Positions 18,666 to 28,629 of a DNA stretch of 64,000 nt are shown in pieces (the stretch's first letter is position 1; each line of letters opens with the position of its first letter). Below the pieces are notes generated by a model. It was given only the letters and a program-made list of their open reading frames with translations, ran no database searches and had not been told where the DNA came from. The DNA lies in the IMG/VR virus record IMGVR_UViG_3300044796_000401, one strand, 5' to 3'. Source of the stretch: a virus. Its lineage: Duplodnaviria; Caudoviricetes. The position numbers were made by a program, and so were the translations under genes.

Positions 18666-18865
18666 CAATCGAAACCAAACCCGTGATGCGCGCTCTTGTG
18701 TGGAACGAAGGCGAGGAGCCGGAGAAGCTCCTTTACTCGTGCGGAGAGTGCGCCTTTGCTACGTCCGATCCGCGGCGGGCATCGGATCACGAGTCATGCC
18801 ATGGCAAGTTTTACTTCGGGCAACGCTCCCACCACCGCGAATGCCCTTGGAGGAAATTACGATGA
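18662..18865 (+). CDS. Small Cys/His protein
   Basis: CGEC...H...H motif; GTGA overlap. Confidence 0.45.
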   Translation: MTIETKPVMRALVWNEGEEPEKLLYSCGECAFATSDPRRASDHESCHGKFYFGQRSHHRECPWRKLR

Positions 18866-19191
18866 CACAGCACGGACAGAGCTTGCTTGACCGCGTCATG
18901 AAATGGGCGCAATTTCTCAGCGTCATGGGCGCGCTTATCGCCGGATCGACGCACTACCTTTCGACATTCGCGAAGTACCGCGACATGGCGAATGCTAACG
19001 CGTACAAGATCGAGCGTATGGAGCGATACCTCGCATTCAAAAACCCCGAGTACTGGCAGGTGGTTGGAGGCCTCATCCAGCCGGGCGAACCCGACGTTTA
19101 TCAGGTGAAGTCCCGCAAGGCGCTGTCGCAGCAGGAGCTTGAAAAGCTCAAGCAGGACGTAGCGCCCAGCGCGCCGCAAACCAAGAAGTGA
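18862..19191 (+). CDS. Hypothetical membrane-anchored protein
   Basis: ATG after GGAGGA; one TM helix. Confidence 0.55.
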   Translation: MTQHGQSLLDRVMKWAQFLSVMGALIAGSTHYLSTFAKYRDMANANAYKIERMERYLAFKNPEYWQVVGGLIQPGEPDVYQVKSRKALSQQELEKLKQDVAPSAPQTKK

Positions 19192-19438
19192 GGTGCCCAT
19201 GATTCCCTTTATCGCCGCCGCAGTCGGGCTTTCGGTCATCGCATGGTTTTGCTGGATCGCGACAAAACCGAGGAAGCAACGGTTCTAGGGGGCGATTCCT
19301 AGCCAAAATCCCCCCGGCGCTGTATACCATGCGTGTGCCTGATCGGCGAAATCGCTGGCAGGACAAGCTTTGCCGGTGCCGTACGCTGCATCGGGAACTT
19401 CGACCCGAGCCCGCTGAGATGCGGGCGAGGAGATTGAG

Positions 19439-19990
19439 ATGGCGATGAAACCCAACCCGCATCCCGAGTGGCTCAAGGAAATGATCCACGGCTACTCTGA
19501 CTACCAGACGTGGCGTCTGCTGATCGAGGGCGCGAACTTCGCCGTCGTGCAAACGCCCGGCGGAAGGTGGGGCGACAACAGCGGGACGCACTACGGGAAG
19601 ATGAGCTACTACCTCGTGGACAAGCGCAGCGATCCCCGCCACGGGCACGGCATGGAGTACTGGAAGGAACTGAAGCACGGCGGACGCATCGGGGCAAAGA
19701 CCAAGCGGGAGTGGAAGGCCCTCGTGGACAAGTCCGACAAGCTGGACACATTCGTCACAGGCAAGGAAGACGAGGAACTGGTGCTTGAGACCGTCGTGGA
19801 CCGGATTGCGGTCTACTTGGAGACGCAGCGGAATGAAAGCGAGAAGATGCGGACAGGGAAGCGGGACCCCCACGGTTACAGCACCGACTATTGGGCGGGG
19901 CACGTCAACGCCTTCAATTGCACATTGAAAAAGCTGAAAGAGCTTGTGCCGAATCCACTCAAGGAGGAGACCGAGGAGGAAAAGCAATGA
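19439..19990 (+). CDS. Hypothetical protein
   Basis: 183-aa ORF with GAGGAG Shine-Dalgarno, downstream of a TAGCCA promoter. Confidence 0.65.
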   Translation: MAMKPNPHPEWLKEMIHGYSDYQTWRLLIEGANFAVVQTPGGRWGDNSGTHYGKMSYYLVDKRSDPRHGHGMEYWKELKHGGRIGAKTKREWKALVDKSDKLDTFVTGKEDEELVLETVVDRIAVYLETQRNESEKMRTGKRDPHGYSTDYWAGHVNAFNCTLKKLKELVPNPLKEETEEEKQ

Positions 19991-20706
19991 AGAGTTTTGC
20001 TCAAGTGCTGGTTACCGCGTTTGTGCTGGTGTTTGCGGCTTCAGGTCTGAACGCAACCATTAAACCGCCCAAGGGCCACTATAAGAAAGCCTATGATGCC
20101 TCGATGGTGCTTTACGGAAGCAGCGTTAGCGACAAAAGAGAAAACCACCCGATGTGTTCCGCCACCGTATTTCGGAAAGTCCAAGGCGGCTATCTCTTGC
20201 TTTCCGCCGGGCACTGCGCCATCACCGGGGGACTCAATGAGTTTCCCGCTGATTTAACCTACAGCGCCTCAAGCGACATCGGAACACCGATTTATCCCAT
20301 CAAGCTCCTCAAGGCGGTCTGTAATGAAGAGACCAACGTAGACTTTTCCGTCTTCTTCTTTCCGACGACCCTCAAGTTCCCCGTCATCGAATTGGGAGAC
20401 GAAGGCTCGGAACAAATCGGAAACAAGACCTACAACTTCAACTTCAGCAAGGAAATAACGAAACTGCTCTCCAGAGGAGTTATCGTTTCCCTTCCGGTCA
20501 CTACAGGCCCGACCAAGAACTTGGTTTTCGTGGACCAGTTTGCGGCGCTCGGTTCCAGTGGTTCGTCGGTCATCAGTGAGAAGACGAACAGAATCATTGG
20601 CATCGTAACCTATGGCTGGCAGATATTGGAGAAAATGCCCGAGGGGTTTATTCCGATCTCAGCCGTAAAGCTGGAACTCTCGAAGACCAATGATCTTCCT
20701 AAGTAG
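19987..20706 (+). CDS. Secreted trypsin-like serine protease
   Basis: Signal peptide; LSAGHC, VDFSV and GSSGSSV catalytic-triad motifs. Confidence 0.8.
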   Translation: MKSFAQVLVTAFVLVFAASGLNATIKPPKGHYKKAYDASMVLYGSSVSDKRENHPMCSATVFRKVQGGYLLLSAGHCAITGGLNEFPADLTYSASSDIGTPIYPIKLLKAVCNEETNVDFSVFFFPTTLKFPVIELGDEGSEQIGNKTYNFNFSKEITKLLSRGVIVSLPVTTGPTKNLVFVDQFAALGSSGSSVISEKTNRIIGIVTYGWQILEKMPEGFIPISAVKLELSKTNDLPK

Positions 20707-20760
20707 GCCTGTTGACGAACCGCTGTATTGGTGCCATACTTGAGTGGTGCGGAGGAAACA

Positions 20761-20985
20761 ATGGTGGACTTCCTAGACCAGGATCGCCTGGAAAGGCTCA
20801 TCCGGCAAGAGGCCCGTGCAGTCGTTGAAGAAAGCTTCGTGATTGAGAACAAGTTTGAGGCGAAGATTGAGGCGAGGGTCCCCGTGTCCTCCACCGCTGG
20901 TCCCGATGTCCACGCAGATGTGGGACGTTTTGTAGAGGATGAAATTTCACCGAGTGCAACAGGGGCAACCACCAGCGGCGACTAA
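20761..20985 (+). CDS. Hypothetical protein
   Basis: ATG after GGAGGA. Confidence 0.5.
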   Translation: MVDFLDQDRLERLIRQEARAVVEESFVIENKFEAKIEARVPVSSTAGPDVHADVGRFVEDEISPSATGATTSGD

Positions 20986-21198
20986 GAGGACCAATGACGA
21001 ACGATGAGAAGATCATCTACGTGGTGGTTGCAGAGACCGTCCAGCACCCGCTGACGACTACGATCATCGGCAACCATCTCGTCCGTCTCGATACGACCCG
21101 CACCATCGTGCAAATTCCGGGCCGCCTCGCGGCTCAGGCGCATACTGTTCGTATTTATGTTTGGTCAAAAAAGCTGTTACGGCTTAGGAAGGTGAAAG

Positions 21199-21660
21199 AT
21201 GGGACGAAATCGAACGCCACAAGCGATACTCGATGCACGCGGAAGTTTCATCGCAAACCCGCGCTTGAAAAGAGATGACGGAACGGAGCACTCAAAGCCG
21301 CTCGGTTCTGCGCCAAAACACATGACGGAAACAGACGCCGCAATGTGGCGCGAACTGAAGAAGGATTTGCTACCCGGCGTTGCGAAGAAAAGTGACCGAC
21401 ACGCTTTTGAAACACTGGTGCTCCTGAAGGTGCGCGAAAGGTCAGGAATATTTCTGGCCGCCGACCGTGGGCAGATGATAACCCTGCTTTCTCATTTCGG
21501 AATGACACCAGCATCGCGCACAAAAGTTGCGATGCCTGCCGCACCGAAGTCTTCGTTGTCTGACTTCCTTAAGAAGAGCAGACCCGCGCCCGCACCTGCA
21601 CCTTCGCCAGAGCCGGACGAAGTTGACCTGATGCCTGCTGACCCGACGCGCCTGAATTAA
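21199..21660 (+). CDS. Terminase small subunit, P27 family
   Basis: MGRNRTP...L..RG...NP, AP......W.EL, FGMTPASR.KV pattern. Confidence 0.75.
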   Translation: MGRNRTPQAILDARGSFIANPRLKRDDGTEHSKPLGSAPKHMTETDAAMWRELKKDLLPGVAKKSDRHAFETLVLLKVRERSGIFLAADRGQMITLLSHFGMTPASRTKVAMPAAPKSSLSDFLKKSRPAPAPAPSPEPDEVDLMPADPTRLN

Positions 21661-21699
21661 GGTGTTGCCAACATACACCACATGGCATATAATAGAGCC

Positions 21700-22164
21700 A
21701 TGCCAAAGAAACGCACCAACATCTACCTTGACCCAGCGCAGGCGAAGGCTCTCGAAGCGCTCAGTGCGGGGAGCAGCCATTACCGTTATGATGAAAGATC
21801 ACAAAGGGCGCACGAACGGGGACCTGAGCCGTTGGAGAAATTGATGCACAGCCTGTACGGTCATGACATCTGGCGGGACACCGAATACTGTAACTGGTTG
21901 CACCGCGTGGACGCCGGGAAAAATGAGAAGGTTGATGCTGTCCTTGTAGGTCCCGAGGACTGGTACTGGCTGGAAGACCCGCTTTACGGCGACGACCTGC
22001 TTCGCCTGCGGGAAGCGGGCTTGGAGAGCCGCTATATCCAAGTCCACCCCCGCGAGACGTGGGCTTTTGCCGATGCCTGCAAGAAGCTGTTCGCCCTGAC
22101 TGGCGTTGATGCTGAAAGACTTAGCGCCATTGGTGCCAAGATGGAGTGGTTCGAGCACTCGTAG
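21700..22164 (+). CDS. Hypothetical protein with a ribbon-helix-helix-like N-terminus
   Basis: MPKKRTNIYLDPAQ..AL..LS; TTGCCA-17-TATAAT promoter ending 6 nt before the ATG. Confidence 0.55.
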   Translation: MPKKRTNIYLDPAQAKALEALSAGSSHYRYDERSQRAHERGPEPLEKLMHSLYGHDIWRDTEYCNWLHRVDAGKNEKVDAVLVGPEDWYWLEDPLYGDDLLRLREAGLESRYIQVHPRETWAFADACKKLFALTGVDAERLSAIGAKMEWFEHS

Positions 22165-22202
22165 ACCATTAGTCAGCTTTCGCCCTCTTTAAGTGAGGGC
22201 AA

Positions 22203-23762
22203 ATGGCTAACACCCCTAACGATCCCAATTTCATCCCCAACCTCACCCCTCAAGCGGGTGGGCCGTTCAAACAGGTGCTTGTCGAGGCGATCTTCGAGAC
22301 GACTGGACTTGTTGGCTCGCCACCAACTGCCCCGCAGGATGCGTACAAGATCGTTCGTCTCAATCAGTATGGTCAACTCGATCCATCCCTCGGCGCTGGT
22401 GGGGGCGGGGGAGGTGGAAGCGTCTTTAGCGTCAACGGTCAGATTGGGATAGTAGTGCTGACGGCTACGGATGTCGGTGCTGATCCAGTCGGCTCCGCTG
22501 CTTCGGCTCAGACTAACGCCGAAGCTTATGCTTCTAATGCCTCAAATCTCTCTTCCGGCACAATCGCTTCAGCACGTCTTTCGGGCACCTACGGCATCAA
22601 CGTTAGCGGCAATGCTGCGACTGTAACCAACGGTGTTTACACCTCGGGATCGTATGCTGATCCGTCGTGGATCACCTCGTTGGCTGGCTCTAAGATCAGC
22701 GGCAACATCAGTGGCGATGCGACATCGATCACAGGTAACATAACTTATTCGCAAGTGACGGGAGTTCCCGCTTTCCCACAGAACACTTCCGTTGTGCCGC
22801 ATGAGTTCTTTACAGCCTACAACTCAACGACTGGTGCGTTTACCCAAGCTCAGCCATCATTCAGCGATCTCTCAGGCTCAATTGCAACTGGGCAAATTCC
22901 CGCCAGCACGGTCACGGTTTCTCAAATTAACGCCGCAGGAACCCCTTCCTCAACCACATATCTGCGGGGTGATGGTTCATGGGTAACGATTGCTGGTGGA
23001 AGTTCGGCCTTCAGTGCAATCACATCAGGTACAAACACCACGGCTGCTATGGTGGTTGGATCGGGTGCATCCATCATGGTCAGTGGTACGGGTGCGGTCG
23101 AAGCAACGCAGCTTAACGCGGTGGTGGTTAGCGGCACCGCACCGACGACGGGGCAGGCGCTCATAGCAACCAGCCCGACCACGGCAAATTGGCAGACCAT
23201 CAGCAGTGGGTTCACTGACCCCATGACAAACACTGGGGACTTGATTTACGGAGTGGTAAGCGGCTCCCCCGCGACCCTCGTCCCAACTCGATTGGGGATC
23301 GGAACGAATGGATACGTGCTTACGGTCGTAGGTGGGCTCCCAGCATGGGCACCTGCATCGGGGGGAGGTAGTAGTAGCCGCACAACCGTAACGATCACGA
23401 CCCTCAGCTTGGCTGCGGGAGAGATGCAGACGGGGTTGGTGACTGTGGCTAAAACGTTCGCCTTGCAGGTCTTGACAGTGGACGTTCCCGCTAGACTTCG
23501 ACTGTACAGCAGCACGGCTTTCAGGGACGCGGACCTCACACGCCCTCCGTCTCAGTTCCTCCACTACTGGACAAACCACGGATGCATCTGTGATATCCTC
23601 CTCAATGCCGCGACGGGGTTGACGTGGACGCTGAATCCGACAGCCCTCGGCACGGACAATGACACGTCCGTGACCAGCAGCATCCCCTACACTGTGACCA
23701 ACGCTGGGACGCAGGCTGCAACTATAACTCTGACTTTAACTTACCTTACTATGGAGACCTAA
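22203..23762 (+). CDS. Putative virion tail/fibre-associated protein
   Basis: 519 aa, G/S/T-rich; SVNGQIGIVVLTA.DVGA, TTYLRGDGSW and GDLIYG...RLGIGTNG.VL motifs common in tail-fibre proteins. Confidence 0.65.
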   Translation: MANTPNDPNFIPNLTPQAGGPFKQVLVEAIFETTGLVGSPPTAPQDAYKIVRLNQYGQLDPSLGAGGGGGGGSVFSVNGQIGIVVLTATDVGADPVGSAASAQTNAEAYASNASNLSSGTIASARLSGTYGINVSGNAATVTNGVYTSGSYADPSWITSLAGSKISGNISGDATSITGNITYSQVTGVPAFPQNTSVVPHEFFTAYNSTTGAFTQAQPSFSDLSGSIATGQIPASTVTVSQINAAGTPSSTTYLRGDGSWVTIAGGSSAFSAITSGTNTTAAMVVGSGASIMVSGTGAVEATQLNAVVVSGTAPTTGQALIATSPTTANWQTISSGFTDPMTNTGDLIYGVVSGSPATLVPTRLGIGTNGYVLTVVGGLPAWAPASGGGSSSRTTVTITTLSLAAGEMQTGLVTVAKTFALQVLTVDVPARLRLYSSTAFRDADLTRPPSQFLHYWTNHGCICDILLNAATGLTWTLNPTALGTDNDTSVTSSIPYTVTNAGTQAATITLTLTYLTMET

Positions 23763-23763
23763 A

Positions 23764-24684
23764 ATGGCAACATCAACCACAAACGCCTACTGCGACGGCT
23801 CGAACCTCACGAACTTCAATGCGTGGGCAAACTGGATGTACTTGAACTTCATTGCCTTCGGCTGGGTGCAGACCGCCGACACGGGGCAGGGCACGTTCCC
23901 AGCGAGCGGCTCCGTGCCGACAACGGCGGGGACGTACTATGCGATCTTTAAGTCCAACGACGCCACGACGGGTGCGTGTCCAATTTACGTGAAGATTGAA
24001 TTTTGGGCGCAATCCAATGTTCCCTATTTCGGGATCACGGTCGGGACGGGCGGCACCGATGGTGCGGGCAACCTGTTCCAGCCAGCCTCACAGCACATCT
24101 ACGGCGGCGGCACCTACTCATTAAAGGCTAGTGCGGCTTCCACCACCAACTTGCTGCCTTGCTACGCCTCCGGTGATGCTGGGAGTATTCGATTTGCGAT
24201 GTGGTGCTCAACAATCAGTCAAAGCCCGGACTATAGCAATGCTGTCGGATTTGTTGTTGCCCGCTCAAGGGATAGCAATGGGCTTGTCACTGGTAGCTAT
24301 GTCCAATTGTGGACATGGTGCAGCAACAGCTACAACTTTCAGACTATCTTCGCCTCATCTTTGGGAACAACGAACAGCATCGACGCTTCTGGCTGTTTCA
24401 TCGCTCCGTACCCGTTTGGCATGACGAATTCGTGGTTGAATAACGGCGCAATCATGGTATCCCCCGTGATGCAAAATATCGGCGGGCTGAGCAACCCAAC
24501 CCCAGACCTGCTGATTTCTGGAGCTTTGGACTTTCTTCCGGGTACAACCGCAACCGTAACGGTCTACGGCGTTACCCATACTTACTTGTCGGGGACATCG
24601 TGGTATGGCACTGGCAGTCCCTCTCAAGGAGTCGTCGCCTTTCTGTCGAGCACATACTCTACGCCGTTAATTAGGTACGAATAA
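23764..24684 (+). CDS. Putative virion structural protein
   Basis: 306-aa G/S/T/aromatic-rich ORF co-transcribed with the previous gene. Confidence 0.55.
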   Translation: MATSTTNAYCDGSNLTNFNAWANWMYLNFIAFGWVQTADTGQGTFPASGSVPTTAGTYYAIFKSNDATTGACPIYVKIEFWAQSNVPYFGITVGTGGTDGAGNLFQPASQHIYGGGTYSLKASAASTTNLLPCYASGDAGSIRFAMWCSTISQSPDYSNAVGFVVARSRDSNGLVTGSYVQLWTWCSNSYNFQTIFASSLGTTNSIDASGCFIAPYPFGMTNSWLNNGAIMVSPVMQNIGGLSNPTPDLLISGALDFLPGTTATVTVYGVTHTYLSGTSWYGTGSPSQGVVAFLSSTYSTPLIRYE

Positions 24685-24685
24685 A

Positions 24686-25417
24686 ATGGCAACCCCTGTA
24701 GGCGGTACAACATTTGCGCTCGCCGCTCCGAACACGTTTAACGTCTATTCACCAACGGCGGGAAACACCCTTATATTTTTTCTGTTGTTTGATGCTCCTG
24801 TTTCAGGGGTCACGGTGACCAACTATGCTGGAACCGCCTACTCAGACCCAGTAGCAGGACCCGTGATCGGCAACCTTTATAGCTTCATCGCACCAGTGAA
24901 GCAAGCATATCCGTATTGGCCTATAAACTGGACTGGAAGCGCCAACTGCGGCGTGGCGGTCGAAGAATACAGCGGCATCACTGGAGTCAGCCTCACAAAC
25001 CACACCACAGCATCGGGCAATAGCGGCACTGCTACGGCTTCACTGATTACCGATGACGCGAGTGGGGATACCATTGTAGCGGGTATGGGCAACGTCTCAA
25101 ACAACCCCCTCACCGCTACTGTGGGGACTCAACGCCAACAGAATTCTGGTAACGTCTGTCGCCTTGCTCTTATCGACAACACCAATGGGTCCGCATCCAG
25201 CCTTGCTTGTACTGCGACGATGACTTCTTCTCCTTGGGACGTTATTCTGCTTGAACTTCGCTTCGCTATCGGGGCCGTTCCCTTCATCGCCGTCGTTCAG
25301 TCAGATCGACCGAACGCAGGTGGAATTGCGGTGGGAGGAGAGGCAACCGATCAAGCTCTAGGAAATTACTCCCATACCGTTTGCTTCCCATACGGACAAA
25401 CTTTTCCGAGAGGTTAA
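24686..25417 (+). CDS. Putative virion structural protein
   Basis: 243-aa beta-rich ORF in the same operon. Confidence 0.55.
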   Translation: MATPVGGTTFALAAPNTFNVYSPTAGNTLIFFLLFDAPVSGVTVTNYAGTAYSDPVAGPVIGNLYSFIAPVKQAYPYWPINWTGSANCGVAVEEYSGITGVSLTNHTTASGNSGTATASLITDDASGDTIVAGMGNVSNNPLTATVGTQRQQNSGNVCRLALIDNTNGSASSLACTATMTSSPWDVILLELRFAIGAVPFIAVVQSDRPNAGGIAVGGEATDQALGNYSHTVCFPYGQTFPRG

Positions 25418-25443
25418 ACACGGCGGGCGTGGTATTATAGGGT

Positions 25444-26112
25444 ATGGTGTTTGATCCTATCGCGACGGCTAAAGAGGCGGCAGCGTATCGCCCATCCCCC
25501 ATCCTGAAGTTCAATGACTTCGTTCGGATGGCCCCCCGTGCGGGGAAATGCTGCCCCACCGATCTCAAAATCGGGCATCTCTCGAAGGGGTTGATGCACC
25601 GCTACCTTGAACCCCATCGCCACTACCACACACTGGGGCACATCCAATTTGGCTTCGGCGAATATTTCAAGTTTTTTGACAAAATGGACCCCATTACCTT
25701 CTTTGCGTGGGCCTACCATGATGCGGTTTATGACCCCACTCGCGACGACAACGAGGCCCGCAGTGCGATGGTGTTCGAGAAAGACAATCCTGTACTCGGG
25801 TTCGGCGTAGAGGATACCGACAAAATCGTCAGCCTCATCCTCAGCACCGACCATACCGAACACACCAACATCGTGACCGACATCGACCTCGCGGGACTGG
25901 GGCTGCCCGCCGAGCAGTACGACGAAAATACCCGCCTCATCCGTATCGAGTACAATTTCGCCTCCGATGAGATGTGGAAGGCGGGGCGCACGGCATTCCT
26001 GAAGAGATTCCTCGCTCGACCCCAGCTTTACTTCAGTCCTCAGTTCGCGGGAGCCTACACCCTTTTGGCTCGTGAGAACATGCAGCGGGAACTCTCCCGA
26101 CTAAGCTATTGA
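25444..26112 (+). CDS. HD-superfamily phosphohydrolase (COG4339-like)
   Basis: RY.EPHRHYHTL.HI, AWAYHDAVYDP..DNE..SA and DIDLAGLG motifs. Confidence 0.8.
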   Translation: MVFDPIATAKEAAAYRPSPILKFNDFVRMAPRAGKCCPTDLKIGHLSKGLMHRYLEPHRHYHTLGHIQFGFGEYFKFFDKMDPITFFAWAYHDAVYDPTRDDNEARSAMVFEKDNPVLGFGVEDTDKIVSLILSTDHTEHTNIVTDIDLAGLGLPAEQYDENTRLIRIEYNFASDEMWKAGRTAFLKRFLARPQLYFSPQFAGAYTLLARENMQRELSRLSY

Positions 26113-26173
26113 TTATAAAGGCGTAATTCCTAACCAAAACCCAGCCTTTCTTGGTAGAATGGAGGTGTAAGAG

Positions 26174-26707
26174 GTGAATATGGATGCCTACGTACTAGCC
26201 ATTAGTGTCAAGGACTCGAAGAACCTACCAACACGGGCGAAAAACGTCCTGAAGCGACTGGGTTGCGAAACCCTCGAAGATGTGACCAAGCTGACGCCCG
26301 AACAAATCCTGCGCTCAAAGTGGGCGGGCAAGAAGGTTCTGGCTTACATCAAACTTTGGCTTGACAGTTTCGGCCTCACTCTGTCAGACTCAAATCTCAC
26401 CATGCCGACATCCGCTGGATTTCCGCTTCTCAACGGCTACAACCTACTTCGGAAGCGAATCTACGAATACTTCGGCTACGATCCTGAATTCGCCAAGGTC
26501 CTCGAAAACGTGGGGGACGATCTTCCGATACAGGACTGCACGGATCGAGCGTGGAGCGAGTTCTCGTCTGTGGGTATTCAATTTGCATCTACCTATCGCG
26601 GCAAGGACTTCACGATGATTGTCAGCGGGGCTCCTCAGAAAAAAGTCCTCTGCATCTACGACAACGCCAAAGAATTCAAAACCGACGCGGCGAAGGGCGG
26701 CATCTAA
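26174..26707 (+). CDS. Protein with an RNA polymerase alpha-CTD-like domain
   Basis: LPTRAKNVLKRLGCETLEDV..LT.EQIL....GKKVL..IK..L..FGLTL matches the alpha-CTD HhH pattern. Confidence 0.7.
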   Translation: MNMDAYVLAISVKDSKNLPTRAKNVLKRLGCETLEDVTKLTPEQILRSKWAGKKVLAYIKLWLDSFGLTLSDSNLTMPTSAGFPLLNGYNLLRKRIYEYFGYDPEFAKVLENVGDDLPIQDCTDRAWSEFSSVGIQFASTYRGKDFTMIVSGAPQKKVLCIYDNAKEFKTDAAKGGI

Positions 26708-27078
26708 TGAGTGGAACGACTTGGCCCCTAACGAAGCCTCTCCTCAGCGATGAAGAGTTCGCCAAAGTTCTCGAAGAGGACAATGACGCGAGCATCTGGC
26801 TGGCACTGGTGGACGCCGCTCAGAACGATCAAATTCTCAACCGCGTCTTTAATCTTTCCCGTGCAAAAGGCTGGTCTCGCTTTCGCACCGTGATGGTCTG
26901 TTCGTATGTCATGGCTCAGCGACACGAACGATTCATCCAGCAAGAATTGGATCGACTGAACAGTACCGCCGTACCTGCACCGATGCGATTCTGTGCGAAA
27001 TGCTCGGAGGACCTTTTCACGACCGACGATGGCGGTGTGACGCTGCGGTTCAAAACGCCCGAGGAACGGAAGGCGTAA
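26707..27078 (+). CDS. Hypothetical protein
   Basis: TAATG overlap with the previous gene; CxxC near the C-terminus. Confidence 0.5.
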   Translation: MSGTTWPLTKPLLSDEEFAKVLEEDNDASIWLALVDAAQNDQILNRVFNLSRAKGWSRFRTVMVCSYVMAQRHERFIQQELDRLNSTAVPAPMRFCAKCSEDLFTTDDGGVTLRFKTPEERKA

Positions 27079-27192
27079 TTTGCAGTGTTAGTGGGAATTT
27101 GAAGAAGTCGGCACCTGTTTGAGCAGAAAGTCACTTCTTGTTTCTTAGAAAGGTGGTACTCAGTGAGCTTCGGATTCGGAACAGGAGTAGGC

Positions 27193-27624
27193 ATGAAAGG
27201 TACTGGCGTTGGACTTAAGTTGGACCCTAGCAAACGCTCGAACGATGCGCGTGATTTTGAGAAAGCTATGCGGAAGCGTATCGTCGGACAAGATGCCGCC
27301 GTCGAGAAAGTCACCGAGATTTACCAGATGTTCTTGGCGGGCCTGAATGCTCCGGGTCGTCCAGTCGGTAACCTTCTCTTCCTCGGTCCCACGGGCAGCG
27401 GCAAGACCCGCGTGGTCGAAGCCATGGCCGAATCCCTCTTTGGCAGTGATCGTGCGTGCATCAAGATCGATTGCGCTGAATTCCAGCACTCCCATGAAAT
27501 AGCCAAATTGATCGGTTCGCCTCCGGGCTACCTCGGTCACCGCGAGACCCACCCTCTACTCACGCAGGAAGCATTGAACCAGTGGTTCAGTGAGAAGTTG
27601 AAACTATCGATCCTTCTGTTCGAT
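27193..27624 (+). pseudogene. Truncated ClpA/ClpB D2-type AAA+ ATPase
   Basis: IVGQD, FLGPTGSGKT (Walker A), IDCAEFQ, LIGSPPGYLG; homology stops at LLFD, in the middle of Walker B. Confidence 0.8.
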
Positions 27625-27995
27625 GACCGGGTCCGTCAACGATCCAGAATCACAATACCTACACTCCCCCAGCGTCGCGAGCAGCGCCGCAAACTCGTAG
27701 CTCCTACCACGCAGAGAATTTCGGAAGAGAGCACAGGGCTCACTTTGGCCGTGGCGGGGGTCGCTACTTTGGGGGGCACCGCGAATTCTTCTTCGGCGGT
27801 TTCTGGTTCTACTATCCCGGATACTGGCCTGCTTGGTTTTACGGAGACGATGTCTATTTTGTGATCGGTCCAGACGGGTTCTGGTACGCCCACAGCTACA
27901 ACCATCCAGACTTTTTCATCCGGGTTGAAGTCGAGTAAGCTTCATGCTCTGGGTGGCTCAAAAGTCACCCGGAGCACAAATCTAAGGAAGGTTTT

Positions 27996-28136
27996 ATGAG
28001 AGCACCTTTTGTGTTGGTTCTTTTGGCAGCGTTGTTCCTTTCTGGTTGTGCCGTGGCGGTTCCTGTCCAACAGCGCCCAGCACCTCCGGAGCGCCCGGCA
28101 ACTCAGGCTCCCTGTACCACGCCTCCGTGCGCGTGA
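27996..28136 (+). CDS. Small lipoprotein (46 aa)
   Basis: MRAPFVLVLLAALFLSGC lipobox and Pro-rich tail; absent from the ORF track (<60 aa). Confidence 0.55.
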   Translation: MRAPFVLVLLAALFLSGCAVAVPVQQRPAPPERPATQAPCTTPPCA

Positions 28137-28215
28137 CTGGGCGGCTAAGACGATTGCTTATAGCAATCGCATTGAATTTCGAGCAGATTGAGCGGCTCCT
28201 TGAAAGGCGGTAGTC

Positions 28216-28629
28216 ATGACGATACAAGAGTACGTCCTGCAACACACGATCCGCGGCGGGTGCAAGTGCGGCCGGTGTCTTGATGCGGGAATCATACCGG
28301 ACCCCGCGGGCCACACGGCCGACCTCGTGTTTTTCAAGGTTGCGAAAAACGGCGAGCCCGACCTCGCCGAGTTCAAGCGCCTGAGCGCCGAGGAAAGGGG
28401 AGCGTTCGGCGACTGCGATCCCTTTGACGGCAAAGAGCACAACTTCATGGAGATCGGCGGCTGGATCGGCGACCAAGGAACGGCCTTGCAATACATGGGC
28501 CTCGGCACGCTCCTCGGGGCGTTTGAGCTTCTGACGCCGAAAATTGTCTTGGGCCTCGATGGCGACCAGGCGATGCAGCTAGCAGGGATGGACATGCTTA
28601 CTATCAAGGTGGCGAAGGGAGCGGGGTGA
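28216..28629 (+). CDS. Hypothetical protein
   Basis: 137-aa ORF; CKCGRC motif. Confidence 0.6.
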   Translation: MTIQEYVLQHTIRGGCKCGRCLDAGIIPDPAGHTADLVFFKVAKNGEPDLAEFKRLSAEERGAFGDCDPFDGKEHNFMEIGGWIGDQGTALQYMGLGTLLGAFELLTPKIVLGLDGDQAMQLAGMDMLTIKVAKGAG

